This document shows, in pieces, positions 6,801 to 11,231 of a DNA stretch of 11,231 nucleotides. A program made the translations under genes and the position numbers. Location of the stretch: the NCBI RefSeq assembly GCF_006345805.1, contig NW_021826612.1:1-11231 (forward strand). Direction: 5' to 3'. Each line of letters opens with the position of its first letter. The stretch's first letter is position 1. The notes below the pieces were generated by a model. That model was not told the DNA's origin and ran no database searches. It was given only the letters and a program-made list of their open reading frames with translations. The stretch is from Octopus sinensis. Lineage: Eukaryota.

Positions 6801-9800
6801 TCATTGCCAATGCCACTGGACTGGCATGTGCGGGTGGCACATAAGAACCACCATTTGAGTGTGGCCGTCACCAGCACCACCTGACTGGCCCTTGTGCTGG
6901 TGGCACGTGAAAAACAACATTCAAGTGAGGTCATTGCCAGTGCCCTGGACTGGCTCATGTGCGGGTGGCACATAAGAACCACCATTTGAGTGTGGCCGTC
7001 ACCAGCACCACCTGACTGGCCCTTGTGCTGGTGGCACGTGAAAAACAACATTCAAGTGAGGTCATTGCCAATGCCACTGGACTGGCTCATGTGCGGTGGC
7101 ACATAGAACCACCATTTGAGTGTGGCCGTCACCACACCACCTGACTGGCACTTGTGCTGGTGGCACGTGAAAAACAACATTCAAGTGAGGTCATTGCCAA
7201 TGCCACTGGACTGGCTCATGTGCGGGTGGCACATAAGAACCACCATTTGAGTGTGGCCGTCACCAGCACCACCTGACTGGCCCTTGTGCTGGTGGCACGT
7301 GAAAAACAACATTCAAGTGAGGTCATTGCCAATGCCACTGGACTGGCTCATGTGCGGGTGGCACATAAGAACCACCATTTGAGTGTGGCCGTCACCAGCA
7401 CCACCTGACTGGCCCTTGTGCTGGTGGCACGTGAAAAACAACATTCAAGTGAGGTCATTGCCAATGCCACTGGACTGGCTCATGTGCGGGTGGCACATAA
7501 GAACCACCATTTGAGTGTGGCCGTCACCAGCACCACCTGACTGGCCCTTGTGCTGGTGGCACGTGAAAAAAACACATTCAAGTGAGGTCATTGCCAGTGC
7601 CACTGGACTGGCTCATGTGCGGGTGGCACATAAGACCACCATTTGAGTGGGCCGTCACCAGCACCACCTGACTGGCCCTTGTGCTGGTGGCACGTGAAAA
7701 ACAACATTCAAGTGAGGTCATTGCCAATGCCACTGGACTGGCTCATGTGCGGGTGGCACATAAGAACCACACCATTTGATGTGGCCGTCACCAGCACCAC
7801 CTGACTGGCCCTTGTGCTGGTGGCACGTGAAAAACAACATTCAAGTGAGGTCATTGCCAATGCCACTGGACTGGCTCATGTGCGGGTGGCACATAAGAAC
7901 CACCATTTGAGTGTGGCCGTCACCAGCACCACCTGACTGGCCCTTGTGCTGGTGGCACGTGAAAAACAACATTCAAGTGAGGTCATTGCCAGTGCCACTG
8001 GACTGGCTCATGTGCGGGTGGCACATAAGAACCACCACCATTTGAGTGTGGCCGTCACCAGCACCCCTGACTGGCCCTTGTGCTGGTGGCACGTGAAAAA
8101 CAACATTCAAGTGAGGTCATTGCCAATGCCACTGGACTGGCTCATGTGCGGTGGCACATAAGAACCACCATTTGAGTGTGGCCGTCACCAGCACCACCTG
8201 ACTGGCACTTGTGCTGGTGGCACTGTGAAAACAACATTCAAGTGAGGTCATTGCCAGTGCCACTGGACTGGCTCATGTGCTGGTGGCACATAAGAACCAC
8301 CATTTGAGTGTGGCCATCACCAGCCCCACCTGACTGGCACTTGTGCTGGTGCACGTGAAAAAAACACATTCAAGTGAGGTCATTGCCAGTGCCACTGGAC
8401 TGGCTCATGTGCGGTGGCACATAAGAACCACCATTTGAGTGTCGCCATCACCAGCACTACCTGACTGGCACTTGTGCTGGTGGCACGTGAAAAACAACAT
8501 TCAAGTGAGGTCATTGCCAGTGCCACTGGACTGGCTCCTGTGCGGGTGGCACATAAGAACCACCATTTGAGTGTGGCCGTCACCAGCACCACCTGACTGG
8601 CACTTGTGCTGGTGGCACGTGAAAAACAACATTCAAGTGAGGTCATTGCCAGTGCCACTGGACTGGCTCCTGTGCGGGTGGCACATAAGAACCACCATTT
8701 GAGTGTGGCCGTCACCAGCACCACCTGACTGGCACTTGTGCTGGTGGCACGTGAAAAACAACATTCAAGTGAGGTCATTGCCAGTGCCGCTGGACTGGCT
8801 CATGTGCGGGTGGCACATAAGAACCACCATTTGAGTGTGGCCGTCACCAGCACCACCTGACTGGCACTTGTGCTGGTGGCACGTGAAAAACAACATTCAA
8901 GCGAGGTCATTGCCAGTGCCACTGGACTGGCTCATGTGCGGGTGGCACATAAGAACCACCATTTGAGTGTGGCCATCACCAGCACCACCTGACTGGCACT
9001 TGTGCTGGTGGCACGTGAAAAACAACATTCAAGCGAGGTCATTGCCAGTGCCACTGGACTGGCTCATGTGCGGGTGGCACATAAGAACCACCATTTGAGT
9101 GTGGCCGTCACCAGCACCACCTGACTGGCACTTGTGCTGGTGGCACGTGAAAAACAACATTCAGTGAGGTCATTGCCAGTGCCACTGGACTGGCTCATGT
9201 GCAAGTGGCACATAAGAACCACCATTTGAGTGTGGCCGTCACCAGCACCACCTGACTGGCACTTGTGCTGGTGGCACGTGAAAAACAACATTCAAGTGAG
9301 GTCATTGCCAGTGCACTGGACTGCTCATGTGGGGTGGGGGCCATAAGGACCACCATTTGAGTGTGGCCGTCACCAGCACCACTCTGACTGCACTTGTGCT
9401 GGTGGCACGTGAAAAACAACATTCAAACGAGGTCATTGCCAGTGACACTGGACTGGCTCATGTGCGGGTGGGACATAAGGACCACCATTTGAGTGTGGCC
9501 ATCACCAGCACCACCTGACTGGCACTTGTGCTGGTGGCACGTGAAAAACAACATTCAAGTGAGGTCATTGCTAGTGCCACTGGACTGGCTCATGTGCGGG
9601 TGGCACATAAGGACCACCATTTGAGTGTGGCCGTCACCAGCACCACCTGTCTGGCACTTGTGCTGGTGGCACGTGAAAAAAAAAAACAACATCAAACGAG
9701 GTCATTGCCAGTGACACTGGACTGGCTCATGTGCGGGTGGCACATAGGACCACCATTTGAGTGTGGCCGTCACCAGCACCACCTGACTGGCACTTGTGCT

Positions 9801-11231
9801 GGTGGCACGTGATGAAAAACAAATTCAAACGAGGTCATTGCCAGTGATGACACTGGACTGGCTCATGTGCGGGTGGCACATAAGGACCACCATTTGAGTG
9901 TGGCCGTCACCAGAACCACCTGACTGGCACTTGTGCTGGTGGCACGTGAAAAACAACATTCAAGTGAGGTCATTGCCAGTGCCACTGGACTGGTCATGTG
10001 CGGGTGGCACATAAGGACCACCATTTGAGTGTGGCCGTCACCAGCACCACCTGTCTGGCACTTGTGCTGGTGGCACTGTGAAAACAACATTCAAACGAGG
10101 TCATTGCCAGTGACACTGGACTGGCTCATGTGCGGGTGGCACATAAGGACCACCATTTGAGTGTGGCAGTCACCACACCACCTGACTGGCACTTGTGCTG
10201 GTGGCACGTGAAAAAAACATTCAAGTGAGGTCATTGCCAGTGCCACTGGACGGGCTCATGTGCGGGTGGCACATAGGACCCACCATTTGAGTGTGGCCGT
10301 CACCAGCACCACCTGACTGGCACTTGTGCTGGTGGCACGTGAAAAACACATTCAAACGAGGTCATTGCCAGTGCCACTGGACTGGCTCATGTGCGGGTGG
10401 CACATAAGAACCACCATTTGAGTGTGGCCGTCACCAGCACCACCGACGGCACTTGTGCTGGTGGCACGTGACAAACAACATTCAAGTGAGGTCATTGCAG
10501 TGCCACTGGACTGGCTCATGTGCGGGTGGCACATAAGAACCACCATTTGAGTGTGGCCGTCACCAGCACCACCTGACTGGCACTTGTGCTGGTGGCACGT
10601 GAAAAACACATTCAATTGAGGTCATTGCCAGTGCCACTGGACTGCCTCATGTGCGGGTGGCACATAAGAGACACCATTTAGTGTGGCCGTCACCACAACC
10701 ACCTGACTGGCACTTGTGCTGGTGGCACGTGAAAAACAACATTCAAGTGAGGTCATTGCCAGTGCCACTGGACTGCCTCATGGTGCGGGTGGCACATAAG
10801 GACCACCATTTGAGTGTGGCCGTCACCAGCACCACCTGACTGGCACTTGTGCTGGTGGCACGTGAAAACCAACATTCAAGTGAGGTCATTGCCTTGCCAC
10901 TGGACTGGCTCATGTGGCGGGTGGCACATAAGGACCACCATTTGAGTGTGGCCGTCACCAGCTCCACCTGACTGGCACTTGTGCTGGTGGCACGTGAAAA
11001 ACAACATTCAAGTGAGGTCATTGCCAGTGCCACTGGACTGCCTCATGTGCGGGTGGCACATAAGGACCACCATTTGAGTGTGGCGTCACCAGCACCACCT
11101 GACTGGCACTTGTGCTGGTGGCACGTGAAAAACACATTCAAGTGAGGTCATTGCCAGTGGCCACTGGACTGGCTCCTGTTCGGGGTGCACATAAGAACCA
11201 CCATTTGAGTGTGGCCATCACCAGCACCACC
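3833..11231. repeat. Tandem satellite, 132-bp unit (66+66 dimer), ~56 copies, continuing beyond the window
   Basis: Consensus GCACTTGTGCTGGTGGCACGTGAAAAACAACATTCAAGTGAGGTCATTGCCAGTGCCACTGGACTG GCTCATGTGCGGGTGGCACATAAG(G/A)ACCACCATTTGAGTGTGGCCGTCACCAGCACCACCTGACTG. The 132-bp period is seen, for example, at GTGAAAAAC 5061 and 5193. Copy number is estimated as length/132. Confidence 0.99.

Noticed and set aside
9805-9855. TGATGA motifs in one satellite unit resembling hammerhead or C-box cores
   Set aside because: These are single-copy 3-nt duplications in an indel-rich stretch with no supporting structure, and are probably read errors.
4123-11033. Repeating ORFs in the satellite, e.g. the 44-aa repeat in 8380-8778 (-)
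   Set aside because: The consensus unit has a stop in these frames. ORFs open only through sporadic indels or single variants, with no frame preservation along the array.
3833-11231. CRISPR array
   Set aside because: There are no unique spacers; the entire 132 bp repeats, and the context is eukaryotic with no cas genes.
9300-11231. Higher indel divergence toward the window end as a biological age gradient
   Set aside because: Homopolymer and 1-3 nt indels look like uncorrected long-read error, which cannot be separated from real divergence without raw data.

Overview
Eukaryotic, repeat-saturated, apparently non-coding window. The SINE-like sequences and (TA)n/(CA)n texture match what I recall of octopus/cephalopod genomes; this is recognition from memory, not a database result. 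Bases 1-3.8 kb are a mosaic of microsatellites, at least three tRNA-derived SINE families (full and fragmented, both strands) and short AT-rich modules embedded in (TA)n. One module (832-970) is a perfect 62-bp inverted repeat whose arms carry a minimal type I hammerhead ribozyme motif (CUGAUGA-stem II-GAAAC-palindromic stem III-GUA), the form known from Penelope-like retroelements. Two further partial hammerhead-like remnants occur at ~677-695 and 2432-2443. Several independent inverted duplications cluster in this region. From ~3833 to the end is a tandem satellite of ~56 copies of a 132-bp unit, itself a gapless 66+66 dimer, with CpG-decay signatures, variant domains and an apparent trimer duplication. 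No credible protein-coding gene was found.
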